This document shows positions 1-12,632 of a stretch of 33,031 nt of DNA, one piece after another. The position numbers were made by a program, and so were the translations under genes. The stretch covers positions 1 through 33,031 of the forward strand of contig JAUCBJ010004232.1 in assembly GCA_032718475.1 (NCBI GenBank). The letters are read 5' to 3'. This DNA comes from Nemertoderma westbladi (Eukaryota > Animalia > Xenacoelomorpha). Position 1 is the stretch's first letter; each line of letters opens with the position of its first letter. A model generated the notes under the pieces. It saw nothing but the letters and a program-made list of their open reading frames with translations. It did no database searches and had not been told where the DNA came from.

Positions 1-790
1 ATAAGCGACTCTGAGGTCTTTGCGGGATTACACGGAATAGACTTATCGGTCATCGGAGATCTTCAAAATGTATAATCTCCAGTTCTAGTGGTCGTACGAA
101 GTTCGTTTTAGGCTCATTCGAAAGCTCTTTTCTTAGAGAACAAAGTTACCATTTGATTTAAGACAAAATGTTTGTAAAGCAACATAACATGAATTTGGGT
201 AAAATATGCCTTGCAAATTTTGTTCAAGTTATGATTGTTCAGGCAGCTTTCAAGACTTTGCCAAACCAAATGGTAACTTTGGTCTCTGAGAAAAGAGCTT
301 TCGAATGAGCCCAAAACGAACTCCGTACGACCACTAGAACTGGAGATTATACATTTTGAAGATCTCCGATGAACGATAAGTCTATTCTGTGTAATCCCGC
401 AAAAACCGCAGAGTCGCTTATAAGAGTCCCGTCTTCATTCCGGAGACTTGAAGTTGTCTTATAACCCGATCAGTAGGTCCAATAATCATAAAACAATACC
501 TTCTCAATTAAAATTTTGTGCTCTTTCTCGTGGAGACATCCAATTGGCACCACTGAGCACAGAAATTTGCAGAAATTGAATGCAAACCCCAAACTTCATC
601 TCCTTTACCGATATCGCGATATATCGGAGCCAGTATCATCTATCCCAGATATCTCGAAAACTAAGCAAGATATGGGAAAACGGTTTCCATATTTGGATTC
701 AGCATGAAATTCTGCATCAGATAGGATATGTTTCAAAAATTCGACTTTTTGGTCAGAAAATGCGCTACCCCCCCCCCCCCCCCCCCTTAA
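1..790. mobile_element. Foldback/MITE-like non-autonomous DNA element, left part outside the window
   Basis: 1-155 (ataagcgactctg...gttaccatttg) is a near-perfect reverse complement of ~268-421 (caaatggtaac...cagagtcgcttat). The region runs to a poly-C tract ending in CCCTTAA at ~790, a plausible TTAA-type terminus. The right boundary is inferred. Confidence 0.6.
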
Positions 791-1129
791 GTTAAACCAG
801 GGGTGCAGTAATATGGAGAAGAAGGTGGTACAACCTACTGTTGGATAAACATCGCGATGGATTCTCGGCGGGTACGGGGAGACACGCATCTGTTAATCTA
901 ATCACTCGAGGCGGCGAAAGAAGGGGTGCCGTGAAAATTATACTATACCTTACATAACAACCCCGTGAAGAATAATTGACTTAACATGTGTTTTAATTTA
1001 TATTTTAATATATCCGTTTGTTTATTTTTATTATTATAACGAGCAGATGATATTTGAATATGTGAGGAGAAGTGTGTAACAGATAGGAGAAATGCTTACG
1101 GAACATACCGGCATAAAATAAAACGCCGC

Positions 1130-1400
1130 CTCCATAGGAGATACTGTAACTGTCAAGTTTCAACTTAAGCGGATTGCAAATAACAAAATTTCGAGAAAAT
1201 GTTCACTTTCAGACATTTCGCTCTCCAGCGGTAAACAGGGGAACTGTAGACGACTCTTCCACTATTTAAGCCTATGCCATAGTAGTCTCCCAGTTTCAGT
1301 GTAAATGGATTGTAAATAAACAAAGTTATTGAAGATGTTCACTTTCAAATATTTCGCTCTTGAACGGTAAACTGGGGAACTGCGTCGACGACTTTCAATA
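1130..1400 (+). repeat. Diverged copies of the dispersed repeat family also arrayed at 20.7-21.9 kb
   Basis: cactttcagacatttcgctctccagcggtaaacaggggaactgtagacg (~1204) and a second unit at ~1340 align with cactttcagacatttggccctctagcggcagactggagaactgcagatg (21181). Confidence 0.65.
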
Positions 1401-1716
1401 TTTATATATAAACGTTTAAAAAAAGTTTCTCTGTCGATATTGTACCGTACAGTACCAGCTTATCTGTAGTAACCCTACATCGACTTGCTGGGTACCTGTG
1501 GAAAGGCAGACTTATAAGGATTCCAAAGTCTGTAACATCGGAATTTAGATGAAAAATCGCTGAGATTCGAGCGATCGGCAATCTAATTAAGATTTGATGC
1601 CTAAAGTATTTAGTAAGACTAGTTAATTAAGACGTTAATTTATACAGTAGGGCGTAATGTACTGATGTACATGAATGAGAACTGTCTTATATTATTGTAA
1701 TTTACTGTTGGTGTAG

Positions 1717-1968
1717 GCCTAGTTTATACCCACTCGTGATTTATTGTATTCCGCCTAGTTTATACCCACTCGTGATTTATTGTATTCCGCCTAGTTTATA
1801 CCCACTCGTGATTTATTGTATTCCGCCTAGTTTATACCCACTCGTGATTTATTGTATTCCGCCTAGTTTATACCCACTCGTGATTTATTGTATTCCGCCT
1901 AGTTTATACCCACTCGTGATTTATTGTATTCCGCCTAGTTTATACCCACTCGTGATTTATTGTATTCC
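1717..1968. repeat. 36-bp minisatellite, 7 copies
   Basis: Unit gcctagtttatacccactcgtgatttattgtattcc repeated head to tail with no spacers. Confidence 0.97.
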
Positions 1969-2328
1969 AAGTGATATTTTTTAGCGTAAAATTCGTGATA
2001 TTTTGGTTTACGTTTTATTTCTTTATTGTCGAATCAAAATATGTGGAATATGGAAAAAAAGAATGACAATAAACTTTCTATTTATTTACTTGATAATGTA
2101 ATCTGTCTAGAAAGGATAATTAAAATACGAAAGAAATAATTAATTAAATTAGAAATAATATTTGACCCATTCCGTTATTTATTATCCATTTAAGCTGAAA
2201 CGTGCACTGCAAATGCAAACGTGCAATGCTATACTACAGTTGCTATCAGTATGCTATCCTGTTGCTGTTATGAACTGGGTGGTAACCTTTGGCAGCAATT
2301 GCAAACATTCAGTAATTGCAGTGTATGA

Positions 2329-2600
2329 ACGGGATCCGCTTCTTAAAAATTTGTAAACAGCGGACACCATAAGAAAAATATAAAGGTGACGCAATGGTGT
2401 CTCTGGGATCCGGGGCCGCAATGGTTTTACACGGGATCCGCGGTTTACAAATTTGTATTCGACGGATACCATAGATATTACAGGATCCGCGGATCCGCTG
2501 TTTCTAGGAACCGCGGATCCTACTGGGATCCGCCATTGCTTCTTTGGGATCCGCAACAGGATCCGCGGATTTTGCTGGGATCCTCGTTTTACAAGAGTAC
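2329..2600. repeat. GGATCC(GCGG)-rich cluster, likely the subterminal region of a truncated DNA transposon
   Basis: About ten GGATCC sites in 270 bp, plus an internal inverted pair aaatttgtaaacagcgga / tccgcggtttacaaattt. No matching second terminus was found. Confidence 0.5.
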
Positions 2601-2619
2601 GTGATGAACCGTTTCACCG

Positions 2620-2745
2620 TTTCATTGAATTTAATCCGTTTCAAGCTGAAACGTAGCAAACTGGCTGCTCCTTTGGGACGGTATTCTATTATCTACAATT
2701 CTACAGTTTGCCGCTAGAGGTCGAAATATAAAACGTTCAATCTGA
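2620..2745 (-). repeat. Inverted copy of the 20.7-21.9 kb repeat family
   Basis: atccgtttcaagctgaaacgtagca and gccgctagaggtcgaaat are near reverse complements of tgctacgtttcagcttgaacggat (~20790) and atttcgccctctagcggc (~20708). Confidence 0.6.
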
Positions 2746-3646
2746 AGCTGGCACGCATGCTAGACAACCCATGGGTTGCGTATTTGTTCGGACGGTAAGT
2801 CGTCGGTTGTTCTCCAGTCTACCGCTACTGTTTTCACTGAAATTTAAAATATTTTAGAAATATCTGATATAAAACCTTCAACCATTTCGTATTATTGTTT
2901 ATAATCCTTTCTTCCTCATTGTTACCTGGCACATAAATTCTAGAACTCAGACTGAGTTTTTGTGAGGTCCTAAATCCCCTGTAGTCTGCCTCTAGGTGGT
3001 AAAGTTATTAGGGGACATCTGCTTAGATTTTGTTTTTTGTTTGTTTTTTTGTGTTGTATAGTTAGTTTGTCGAGCTTGTTAGAATAGCCATCGTTGGCCC
3101 AGCAGCGGTTCAAAAGTTATATCCGCTCAAAGTTTATAAATGTTTTTCACCCGTGACCAAGCAATTAACTAAAGTTCACTGAATTTATGTTATGGTAAAC
3201 TGAACTGAAATTCTTTGATTTATTTTCTTGTTTTCAATCTACAACACTAGGCCTACTGTATTATCTTTATTTATGTATGATGATACCGAAAATGTGGGTA
3301 AATCATGCTCAATTTGTAACTAGCGCCCCCTACCGATTAGTTCTAACATTGCTCATGGTTTCTATGCCAATATTATAAACACGGAAGTACTGTAGTTTGT
3401 TGTAGTAATCAGGGTAAGCTATATTTTGTGGGAAATATAAGAGAAGTTCTCAGAGTTATTTTATAATAATACTTTAATAATATCTAATACGAAAATCCGT
3501 ATTATCCGTCCTTATCTAAGTTGAGATAACGGGATTTTAATTAAGGGCTCTATTTCCAGTAATTATCTAAAATGCGATTCCATTGACACCTATTATAATA
3601 TCTAAATATTGTATGCTTTATCGTCCATGACAGGTTTGCTTTAATA

Positions 3647-5218
3647 ATGTCTGGAGAATGCCAAATGACCCTGGATGAGTTTTTGCGAGCTAGAGGTCTG
3701 GTGGATTGGCCAGCTTACAGTGAGGCTGAAGAACCCCTGTTAACCGACGCTAATAGTTCAATGGAAACTCCCGAAGAAATTCATGAGCAACTACAAACTC
3801 AAGCGCCATTAGGAATACAGGCACTCGACGACATAGATGAGCGTTTGCGATCCCTAACAGACAGATTGTCCAATTATTCTAGAAACGTGATTCCCGACTC
3901 CAAGCCACCACCGAACCTTCTAGAGATACACCTATTCCAGACTCCAAGGGACACCTTTGATAAAGCACAAAAACACAACGCGGTCCTAATAGCGAAAAAA
4001 CAACGCGAAATTAAAAGTAAACACTTGGAAGATGGACTATTCGCTAAATCTTCTAAAACCGTGGAGAACATTTATTACGCGGGGTTTACGGAGGGGACGT
4101 TAGCAGAACTACCGGGGCAGATGGAAGCCCCACAGGTGCTGCATAGAGTGCTGGCCGCGCAAACATTCCGCTCCCAAGGATTCCAAAAGTTGTTCTATAA
4201 ACTCTTCCTCTCGGAAGCATCGGTGGCGATGATGCAGGATTTATTCTGGTGGCTTTACCTCGAGAAGTTCGCGGTCCCGGGGGAGTTCGATCGCGAGCGG
4301 ATCCAACCCGCTCTGTTCGCTCGTGTTGCCGACAGTTTCGTGGCGTTGCTCTTCTCCGTTCATCCGGACATTCGCGATGAATTTTTCGCGGAATTCCACG
4401 GTTGCCTCGCGCAGGGACTTTTCTCCGCGTACTACGAGCTGTGCCCGGATTCGCGGCACATCTTCGACAAGGATTTTATGTCCGAGGTGGCCGACATCTG
4501 TGCGGAGTGGACTACCGGATTAAAAACCGAGACTCAACCCTGGAGAATCTGGGATATTGAAAAACTTGTACATCGAAGTAAAGATCGTCCAGTTACTCCA
4601 AAACCCGAGGAATTTAAATTTGATTCAACTTTATTTGATAGTTTAGAAACCCAAACAGGACGTAATCGTCAACTACTGTCTGTTTCGGTAACCGCCCCTA
4701 AGACAGTTACCAAGTCGCCTCGTTTCAATAGTGACAAACAGTCTCACTGCATTGGGGCCGGCAGTAATTCGCATCGCGTAAAGTTTCAGTTGTACGGACG
4801 CAGTCCGCTAGTGGCGCACTGGCTGGCCATGAAGGGTTTGGGCGACAGTCAGCCGGTGGGAGGCAGCAATGTATGGCTGACCCGGGTGGTTCCAGACCAG
4901 GTACCAGCCCCGACTTACAGGCAAGTCATAAGAAAAGCGAAAAACGAATCATTAAGACGATCGCAAGAATTGCGATCTATCGCTAATAGCACAACGCGAG
5001 CGCTCACAGACATCGAGTTAGGTAGGCGGCGGGATATGGAGTACATAGACGGTGTAGCCAAGGAAGTGCTCGCAAGTAAGGAACAAGTTAAACTGCAGAG
5101 CGCGCGAATTGTTACCAAAACCGCTCATATAATATCCTGGCAACGGGCCAGGGCTGAGACCATTGTACCACGTGTAGGCGACTCAGATAGTGAAAGTTCT
5201 ATAAACGATGGTGATTGA
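3647..5218 (+). CDS. FAM227B: FAM227-family (FWWh domain) protein, 523 aa, single coding exon
   Basis: Uninterrupted ATG-initiated ORF. The motif block LSEASVAMMQDLFWWLYLEKF...LFARVADSFVALL...DEFFAEFHGCLAQGLF...F...F...W.TG matches the FWWh domain of FAM227A/B, and a C-terminal FQLYGRSPLVAHWL motif follows. The A versus B paralog assignment is uncertain. Confidence 0.82.
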   Translation: MSGECQMTLDEFLRARGLVDWPAYSEAEEPLLTDANSSMETPEEIHEQLQTQAPLGIQALDDIDERLRSLTDRLSNYSRNVIPDSKPPPNLLEIHLFQTPRDTFDKAQKHNAVLIAKKQREIKSKHLEDGLFAKSSKTVENIYYAGFTEGTLAELPGQMEAPQVLHRVLAAQTFRSQGFQKLFYKLFLSEASVAMMQDLFWWLYLEKFAVPGEFDRERIQPALFARVADSFVALLFSVHPDIRDEFFAEFHGCLAQGLFSAYYELCPDSRHIFDKDFMSEVADICAEWTTGLKTETQPWRIWDIEKLVHRSKDRPVTPKPEEFKFDSTLFDSLETQTGRNRQLLSVSVTAPKTVTKSPRFNSDKQSHCIGAGSNSHRVKFQLYGRSPLVAHWLAMKGLGDSQPVGGSNVWLTRVVPDQVPAPTYRQVIRKAKNESLRRSQELRSIANSTTRALTDIELGRRRDMEYIDGVAKEVLASKEQVKLQSARIVTKTAHIISWQRARAETIVPRVGDSDSESSINDGD

Positions 5219-5582
5219 TCGTATTGGTTCAATGTCACTAATGTCTCCTACTGTTTTATTAAATGTACCACGTACTGTCCGCTAATTAGCTACAATTAGA
5301 GAAAAAGGGGGGGGGGGGGGGGGTGTGGGACTTCTAATGTAATCAAAATTAATCCCTCTATTATTTCCAGGGGCAGATTGAAGCAGATAACAGCTGATTA
5401 CTCTCTAAAATACAAACTGTAACATATTCTATTGACTTTCCTTTATTGTTTTGATTAGAATACGGTGCCACTGTGACCGGCTCCTTCCAATAAATTGGTA
5501 ATGTAACTTTGATACGGAATATTAATTTGCCGAGATGGGATTTGCGACAAGGCAATTTGCAGCAACAAATTCCAAAATAGAC

Positions 5583-8500
5583 AGACAGGGCCATCCGTGT
5601 GAGGGTTCTGTTGTAGACAGGGCCATGCGTGTGAGGGTTCTGTTGTAGACAGGGCCATGCGTGTGAGGGTTCTGTTGTAGACAGGGCCATGCGTGTGAGG
5701 GTTCTGTTGTAGACAGGGCCATGCGTGTGAGGGTTCTGTTGTAGACAGGGCCATGCGTGTGAGGGTTCTGTTGTAGACAGGGCCATGCGTGTGAGGGTTC
5801 TGTTGTAGACAGGGCCATGCGTGTGAGGGTTCTGTTAGACAGGGCCATGCGTGTGAGGGTTCTGTTGTAGACAGGGCCATGCGTGTGAGGGTTCTGTTGT
5901 AGACAGGGCCATGCGTGTGAGGGTTCTGTTGTAGACAGGGCCATGCGTGTGAGGGTTCTGTTAGACAGGGCCATGCGTGTGAGGGTTCTGTAGACAGGGC
6001 CATCCGTGTGAGGGTTCTGTAGACAGGGCCATCCGTGTGAGGGTTCTGTTGTAGACAGGGCCATGCGTGTGAGGGTTCTGTTGTAGACAGGGCCATGCGT
6101 GTGAGGGTTCTGATAGACAGGGCCATCCGTGTGAGGGTTCTGATAGACAGGGCCATCCGTGTGAGGGTTCTGTTGTAGACAGGGCCATGCGTGTGAGGGT
6201 TCTGTTGTAGACAGGGCCATGCGTGTGAGGGTTCTGATAGACAGGGCCATCCGTGTGAGGGTTCTGATAGACAGGGCCATCCGTGTGAGGGTTCTGTTGT
6301 AGACAGGGCCATGCGTGTGAGGGTTCTGTTGGACAGGGCCATGCGTGTGAGGGTTCTGTTGGACAGGGCCATGCGTGTGAGGGTTCTGTTGTAGACAGGG
6401 CCATGCGTGTGAGGGTTCTGTTGTAGACAGGGCCATGCGTGTGAGGGTTCTGTTGTAGACAGGGCCATGCGTGTGAGGGTTCTGTTGTAGACAGGGCCAT
6501 GCGCGTGAGGGTTCTGTTGTAGACAGGGCCATGCGTGTGAGGGTTCTGTTGTAGACAGGGCCATCCGTGTGGGGGTTCTGTTGTAGACAGGGCCATCCGT
6601 GTGAGGGTTCTGTTGTAGACAGGGCCATGCGTGTGAGGGTTCTGTTGTAGACAGGGCCATGCGTGTGAGGGTTCTGTTGTAGACAGGGCCATGCGTGTGA
6701 GGGTTCTGTTGGACAGGGCCATGCGTGTGAGGGTTCTGTTGTAGACAGGGCCATGCGTGTGAGGGTTCTGTTGTAGACAGGGCCATGCGTGTGAGGGTTC
6801 TGTTGTAGACAGGGCCATGCGTGTGAGGGTTCTGTTAGACAGGGCCATGCGTGTGAGGGTTCTGTTGTAGACAGGGCCATGCGTGTGAGGGTTCTGTTGT
6901 AGACAGGGCCATGCGTGTGAGGGTTCTGTTGTAGACAGGGCCATGCGTGTGAGGGTTCTGTTGTAGACAGGGCCATGCGTGTGAGGGTTCTGTTGTAGAC
7001 AGGGCCATGCGTGTGAGGGTTCTGTTAGACAGGGCCATGCGTGTGAGGGTTCTGTTGTAGACAGGGCCATGCGTGTGAGGGTTCTGTTGTAGACAGGGCC
7101 ATGCGTGTGAGGGTTCTGTTGTAGACAGGGCCATGCGTGTGAGGGTTCTGTTAGACAGGGCCATGCGTGTGAGGGTTCTGATAGACAGGGCCATCCGTGT
7201 GAGGGTTCTGATAGACAGGGCCATCCGTGTGAGGGTTCTGTTGTAGACAGGGCCATGCGTGTGAGGGTTCTGTTGTAGACAGGGCCATGCGTGTGAGGGT
7301 TCTGATAGACAGGGCCATCCGTGTGAGGGTTCTGATAGACAGGGCCATCCGTGTGAGGGTTCTGTTGTAGACAGGGCCATGCGTGTGAGGGTTCTGTTGT
7401 AGACAGGGCCATGCGTGTGAGGGTTCTGATAGACAGGGCCATCCGTGTGAGGGTTCTGATAGACAGGGCCATCCGTGTGAGGGTTCTGTTGTAGACAGGG
7501 CCATGCGTGTGAGGGTTCTGTTGGACAGGGCCATGCGTGTGAGGGTTCTGTTGGACAGGGCCATGCGTGTGAGGGTTCTGTTGTAGACAGGGCCATGCGT
7601 GTGAGGGTTCTGTTGTAGACAGGGCCATGCGTGTGAGGGTTCTGTTGTAGACAGGGCCATGCGTGTGAGGGTTCTGTTGTAGACAGGGCCATGCGCGTGA
7701 GGGTTCTGTTGTAGACAGGGCCATGCGTGTGAGGGTTCTGTTGTAGACAGGGCCATCCGTGTGGGGGTTCTGTTGTAGACAGGGCCATCCGTGTGAGGGT
7801 TCTGTTGTAGACAGGGCCATGCGTGTGAGGGTTCTGTTGTAGACAGGGCCATGCGTGTGAGGGTTCTGTTGTAGACAGGGCCATGCGTGTGAGGGTTCTG
7901 TTGGACAGGGCCATGCGTGTGAGGGTTCTGTTGTAGACAGGGCCATGCGTGTGAGGGTTCTGTTGCAGACAGGGCCATCCGTGTGAGGGTTCTGTTGTAG
8001 ACAGGGCCATGCGTGTGAGGGTTCTGTTGTAGACAGGGCCATGCGTGTGAGGGTTCTGTTGTAGACAGGGCCATGCGTGTGAGGGTTCTGTTAGACAGGG
8101 CCATCCGTGTGGGGGTTCTGTTGTAGACAGGGCCATGCGTGTGAGGGTTCTGTTGTAGACAGGGCCATGCGTGTGAGGGTTCTGTTGTAGACAGGGCCAT
8201 GCGTGTGAGGGTTCTGTTAGACAGGGCCATCCGTGTGGGGGTTCTGTTGTAGACAGGGCCATGCGTGTGAGGGTTCTGTTGTAGACAGGGCCATGCGTGT
8301 GAGGGTTCTGTTGTAGACAGGGCCATCCGTGTGGGGGTTCTGTTGTAGACAGGGCCATCCGTGTGAGGGTTCTGTTGTAGACAGGGCCATGCGTGTGAGG
8401 GTTCTGTTGTAGACAGGGCCATGCGTGTGAGGGTTCTGTTGTAGACAGGGCCATGCGTGTGAGGGTTCTGTTGGACAGGGCCATGCGTGTGAGGGTTCTG

Positions 8501-9425
8501 TTGTAGACAGGGCCATGCGTGTGAGGGTTCTGTTGCAGACAGGGCCATCCGTGTGAGGGTTCTGTTGTAGACAGGGCCATGCGTGTGAGGGTTCTGTTGT
8601 AGACAGGGCCATGCGTGTGAGGGTTCTGTTGTAGACAGGGCCATGCGTGTGAGGGTTCTGTTGGACAGGGCCATGCGTGTGAGGGTTCTGTTGTAGACAG
8701 GGCCATGCGTGTGAGGGTTCTGTTGTAGACAGGGCCATGGGTGTGAGGGTTCTGTTGTAGACAGGGCCATGGGTGTGAGGGTTCTGTTGTAGACAGGGCC
8801 ATGCGTGTGAGGGTTCTGTTGTAGACAGGGCCATGGGTGTGAGGGTTCTGTTGTAGACAGGGCCATGCGTGTGAGGGTTCTGTTGTAGACAGGGCCATGG
8901 GTGTGAGGGTTCTGTTGTAGACAGGGCCATGCGTGTGAGGGTTCTGTTGTAGACAGGGCCATGGGTGTGAGGGTTCTGTTGTAGACAGGGCCATGCGTGT
9001 GAGGGTTCTGTTGTAGACAGGGCCATGGGTGTGAGGGTTCTGTTGTAGACAGGGCCATGGGTGTGAGGGTTCTGTTGTAGACAGGGCCATGGGTGTGAGG
9101 GTTCTGTTGTAGACAGGGCCATGCGTGTGAGGGTTCTGTTGGACAGGGCCATGCGTGTGAGGGTTCTGTTGTAGACAGGGCCATGCGTGTGAGGGTTCTG
9201 TTGTAGACAGGGCCATGCGTGTGAGGGTTCTGTTGTAGACAGGGCCATGCGTGTGAGGGTTCTGTTGGACAGGGCCATGCGTGTGAGGGTTCTGTTGTAG
9301 ACAGGGCCATGCGTGTGAGGGTTCTGTTGTAGACAGGGCCATGCGTGTGAGGGTTCTGTTGTAGACAGGGCCATGCGTGTGAGGGTTCTGTTGTAGACAG
9401 GGCCATGCGTGTGGGGGTTCTGTTG
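5583..9425. repeat. 32-bp satellite/minisatellite, about 120 units
   Basis: Consensus gtagacagggccatgcgtgtgagggttctgtt, with 29-30-bp deletion variants and point variants (atcc, atgg, gcgc, ggggg). Confidence 0.98.
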
Positions 9426-9583
9426 CAAATGTTGTTGCTGTTGCTGCAACAAAAGTTATAGAACAATCAAAAGGGCCTATTATGTTGTTATGGGTGGTTA
9501 CGAATGTTATGTCGGTATATTCCTTTCTGTAAAGGAACATTTTTTTCATTAATATAAATGAGTTTTTTTTGTTGAGTTTTATG

Positions 9584-9629
9584 CCGTATTTAGTCGTTGC
9601 TAAGGGGGCGTTTATTCGAGTAAATACGG
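9584..9629. mobile_element. Tiny pogo/Tc1-like TIR remnant
   Basis: ccgtatttagtcg ... cgagtaaatacgg form a 13-bp inverted pair with one mismatch, followed by TA. CCGTATTT-type ends resemble pogo-like TIRs. Confidence 0.4.
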
Positions 9630-10804
9630 TATGTTTATGTTTCCAAAAAAAATGCGGTACAACCGTGTCGACGAAAATGGTTCTTTATCAGTGATTTTCT
9701 GCTCAGAGAAGTGCTTAACGATGAAAGAGGCAGTTGGGTTCGAACCATAACGATAGGTCCGCTAATTTCCTCACTGCAAGTTAATCTCACATACTGAAAT
9801 CGCGGCTCTTCCTCGTACAATACAATAATTGGAGTTATTAGGAATATGAACTGAAACCCCAAAGTGTGAAATCGTTAGACACGGACAACCGATAGATTTT
9901 AATTATAAATAATTGAGGGAAAGGAATAGGATACAGTGGCTGAGCATTCTAACCAAAACAATAAATGGGAGCCAAGAACATAGGTTACAGTTTAATTTTT
10001 GTCTGCCACTGTTACAGTATTAATAAAGGCAGGAAGGGTGGCATTGCTACAGTAATTATTATTAACATAACAGGATTGACCCTTTAATGGGCTAACGCTA
10101 GGCCTAATCTAGACCTTTTGGCCAATGGTCATTCACATCTAAACTTTCCAAATTAATTAATCGAATTAAACAGTCTGGATATTTCAATGAAAACATTATG
10201 AGACTCATTAGGCATGTGGACAATATACCAAACATTTAATAACAAAAATATTTATAAAACCACCAATAAAATAAAAAAATATAAATTTTTGAAAATCATA
10301 CTTTAAGTGGTCAGTTATATCCAAGAGAAGCGACGTGACGAATATAATATAACGGAAGTAATCGTACAGTCTGTATCGATGCTATTTCGTCTCACACAAT
10401 AATTTCTTATTGCACGCATAAATAGCAAACTTAGGATATTATTGTATGAAATAATTAATTTTAAATAAAATCAAAGAACAGTTTAGTAAAGTAATACAAT
10501 ACTATATGAAGCGTTATCTTAAGGGAAGAAATAGACCCCGATATTACGAACGATATTAATTATATGGGATATTAATAATTATTATATTATATTATTATAA
10601 TTTTTAATAATCGATAACTATTTCGCCATTTGTTACTGTTATTTTATATTTTTCAATATTTTTATTTTAATAATTTATGTTTGTTTATGTTTAATCATGG
10701 AATATTCATATTCAATTTATTCATTAACACAGACACTGGGCCATCCCAGACCCGTTCTAGACACTGGGCCATCCCAGACCCGTTTTAGATCATCATAATA
10801 ATGA

Positions 10805-11782
10805 TGGGGTGATGGCCCCACCCACTGGCTCCAGAAGTCGAGGAAATACTGCCAAGTACCTAACTGATCTAGACTTTGCTGATGACTTAGGAGTACTCTC
10901 AGAATCACTAGAGGGAGCCCAACCGCTCCTCAGCTCATAAGAACAGTCTGCTTCTAGTGCTGGTCTTTTTATTAACTCAAAAATACCAAAACGTTATCAG
11001 TTAACTTTGAAAGTCCTCAGCAAGTCTCTGATCGGATGAGCATAAGCTCAAAGGATGGTATGCTTGAGCATGGGGTTGACTTCACATACATAGATCAACT
11101 TGAAAGGGATACTGAACTTGGGAGAAACGAAATTGCGACAACTATGGAGAATCGGGAAGCCTGGAAGGATCTCATTTCCACTGTACGAGTTCGCTCGACC
11201 TAGTAGTAGTAGTGGAAGACTTCTGTTACCCGGGATCATGGATCCGGAAGTCAGGTGAGGACCTTCGAATACGCAAGGGAAAGGCATGGGCAGCCTTGAA
11301 TAGGCTTTCCAGGATTTGGAAGTCTCCGATAATTAATCGGAAACTTAAGGTCCGATTATTTAGAGCAGCAGTAGTTCCAGTACTCCTCTACGGGAGTCCA
11401 TGCTGGGCCCTAACTGCTGATGACACCAAATCTCTGGATGGCACATTCACAAGAATGCTAAGCCGGGTTCATTGTGCCAAGTACAATGCACACATCTCCA
11501 ACCAGACACTATATAACATTGGAGGTGTCTCATTGGTTCCCCCAAGCTTGACACTAGAACAAAGCCGTCTCCGCTTTGAAGGCTTTTTTCCGCTTTGTTT
11601 TCGCCGTGCAAAATCTTGTGCTTTGGCAGCCGCATAGAGAAAATAAGCATGATGGACGGGCAGCCCATGACTTTCGTGAGACGCATCTTAAAGGACACTG
11701 GTCTGAAGATGCGGATAATCTCGCGAAAGTCATGGGGAATAGGGAGATGTGGCGGTGCAACTTTGTTGATAAGCCGCCATAG
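10805..11782 (+). pseudogene. Decayed, 5'-truncated RTE-like non-LTR retrotransposon (reverse transcriptase C-terminal half)
   Basis: Manual translation gives AKYLTDLDFADDLGVLSESLEGAQPLLSS*EQSASSAGLFINSK (FADD at ~10875-10886). It continues VEDFCYPGSWI...DLRIRKGKAWAALNRLSRIWKS...LKVRLFRAAVVPVLLYGS..W and ends LKDTGL...MGNREMWR. Stops and frameshifts are present. Confidence 0.88.
11060..11213 (+). mobile_element. 3' end of a second RTE-like LINE with a (TAG)n tail, nested in the first
   Basis: Translates FTYIDQLERDTELGRNEIATTMENREAWKDLISTVRVRST*. The stop codon begins tagtagtagtagt (11201-11213), after which the host RT frame resumes (VEDFCY). The 5' boundary is approximate. Confidence 0.7.
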
Positions 11783-12632
11783 CATTCCTAATGCACGCTG
11801 CATTTGGCTTTGGGCATTGTTAAAGCCAGCAGCATCTAAATTTTCAGCTTCAATGCAGCAGGCCGATTATAGATAGATGCGTCATACACAAATAGTAGTT
11901 TAGAATATTACACAGTTATGTTAAATCATAGTAACTAGTCACTGTGTACACGATAACCACAACTGCCGTAAATTTTGGCTAAAATTGACAATTATTAATA
12001 TAATAATAAATAAATAACATTACAGTTTAGGTTTAAAGGAAAGGAAAACATTACATTTAAAGATTGAAGATTAAAATAAAAACATATCACTAAGGAATAT
12101 GAACAGGAATATGAACAGAACTTTACCAATAAACTAAAGCCAATAGAACAACCCCCCCCCCCCCCCCCCCCACGTTAAATATTGCGTAAAGTATAAGGTA
12201 ACAACAATATAAATTAAAACTTTATTTGTATCAGATTCTATATAGAAAGTAATGAGTGAGTGCAAATAAGATACAAGATCAGAACACTGCGAAGTAATTT
12301 GTATCAAATTGTTATGTTTGTGAAAAACAGCATTTAAACTTTTGTTGTTATGATAAGTTTTTTTCACTCGTAAAGTGTAAAGTAAAGTAATGTGTAACGG
12401 GAACAGCGTTATGTAATGTAGAAATGTTGTCGTAAAAACTTAATAAATATAGTTGATTAATTATTTAGCAACAGAACCAATTAAATCGCAAAGCACAATC
12501 ACTGAGGGGATGGAAAGTGTTAAGGTATTTAATCATTTTAATATCAATACTTTATATACAAAAATAAGTTTCCTTCCACAATGAATCCATTAACCAATAA
12601 GATGACCTGTAACTAAGAGTGCCATGATGGCG

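Noticed and set aside
5361-9549. Long minus-strand ORFs (141-904 aa)
   Set aside because: They are translations of the 32-bp satellite, whose minus-strand consensus lacks stops; all three frames give the same repeating peptide.
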